Source: Microthyrium microscopicum (Eukaryota). From it: a stretch of DNA of 64,000 nucleotides. The notes below the pieces were generated by a model. The model was not told the DNA's origin. It worked only from the letters and a program-made list of their open reading frames with translations, and searched no databases. The DNA lies in contig MU004237.1 in the NCBI GenBank assembly GCA_010405405.1, forward strand, positions 2,057,345 through 2,121,344, given 5' to 3'. Shown here piece by piece: positions 63,267 to 64,000 of the stretch; within the stretch, counting starts at the first letter, position 1, and each line of letters begins with the position of its first letter. Position numbers and translations under genes: made by a program.

Positions 63267-64000
63267 GCCGAGCCTGTAGATCAGCTGCAAAGATTGTTGG
63301 TGATTTGTATGGTTTCCCACTAGTCTTTCCCATGACATGCCGGCGTGCGTTATGATATACTGAGGCTTGGGATTTCAAATGATTAGACGAAACGAAATTG
63401 TTGTCATGGAGATCGGGATAAGTGCGACAGTAATCCTAATATCGGTATTTTGCTCTAGACTAAATCACTTTCAAACCAGTTCGGTTTCAATGGGTCTCCA
63501 AAGAGAAAAGGTTCTAAAATCAAGCCCACGGGCAGAAATCAGCACTTGAACAAACTAGTAACCTACCGACTCCTTGTCATGCCATTGTCTGATCTCTGGC
63601 ATCACATTTCATAATAGTCAGGCAGAAGATAATCCCTCAGATCTGAGCTATTATTACCCGTTGTGTTCTGACGAAGTATTGTAGAGATCATTCTATGTCT
63701 GTATCTCTTCTTGATTGGAGATCTGTTTTTCTTTTCACGACATTTACATGTTTATGAATTATGTGCAATACATGACCCGAAGCCTAAAAATGAGTCAGGC
63801 ATAGATTATAAAAGCTTCATCTTCCCAAACATGCGTGCCGCGGAATTGATACTTCTGCACTCATGTTGGAAAACCCAGTTATTGACCTCGTACACGGGAC
63901 TTGCTGGCATGCGGGACTGTACTGATAGAAATGCCAGTTGATAAATGTACCTAGGTAGATACCTGAGATAGTTTAACATTGGAAGGAGAAGTTTGGTTCT

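Overview
Intron-rich filamentous ascomycete (Pezizomycotina) DNA with GT-AG introns, CTRAC branch points and clear RIP. A housekeeping backbone (OPT transporter, SVIP-like protein, PRP5, an MDR oxidoreductase, ERB1, SGT2, PGK1, SEM1, IML2, fumarylacetoacetase) is interrupted by two accessory blocks. (1) About 15.4-38.3 kb holds a head-to-tail array of 13 diverged BTB/POZ paralogues (11 apparently intact, 2 disrupted). They share an N-terminal basic NLS-like exon, phase-2 introns, a hypervariable central insert, an LADYLQxDxFHN motif and a C-terminal CxYHxH(x5C) motif. A co-oriented gene right after the array (38822-39863) encodes a product resembling a fungal gasdermin-like pore former. Together these form the best candidate for an undescribed system, possibly a Cul3-adaptor repertoire plus a cell-death effector; this is inference only. 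(2) 47188-56230 is a RIP-destroyed Tc1/mariner transposon carrying a full-length RIP-destroyed chromodomain Ty3/Gypsy element, inserted at the TA immediately after the fumarylacetoacetase stop codon. PRP5 introns 2 and 3 are long and structured, and intron 3 looks like an H/ACA snoRNA. All exon models and family calls were made by eye, without database searches.
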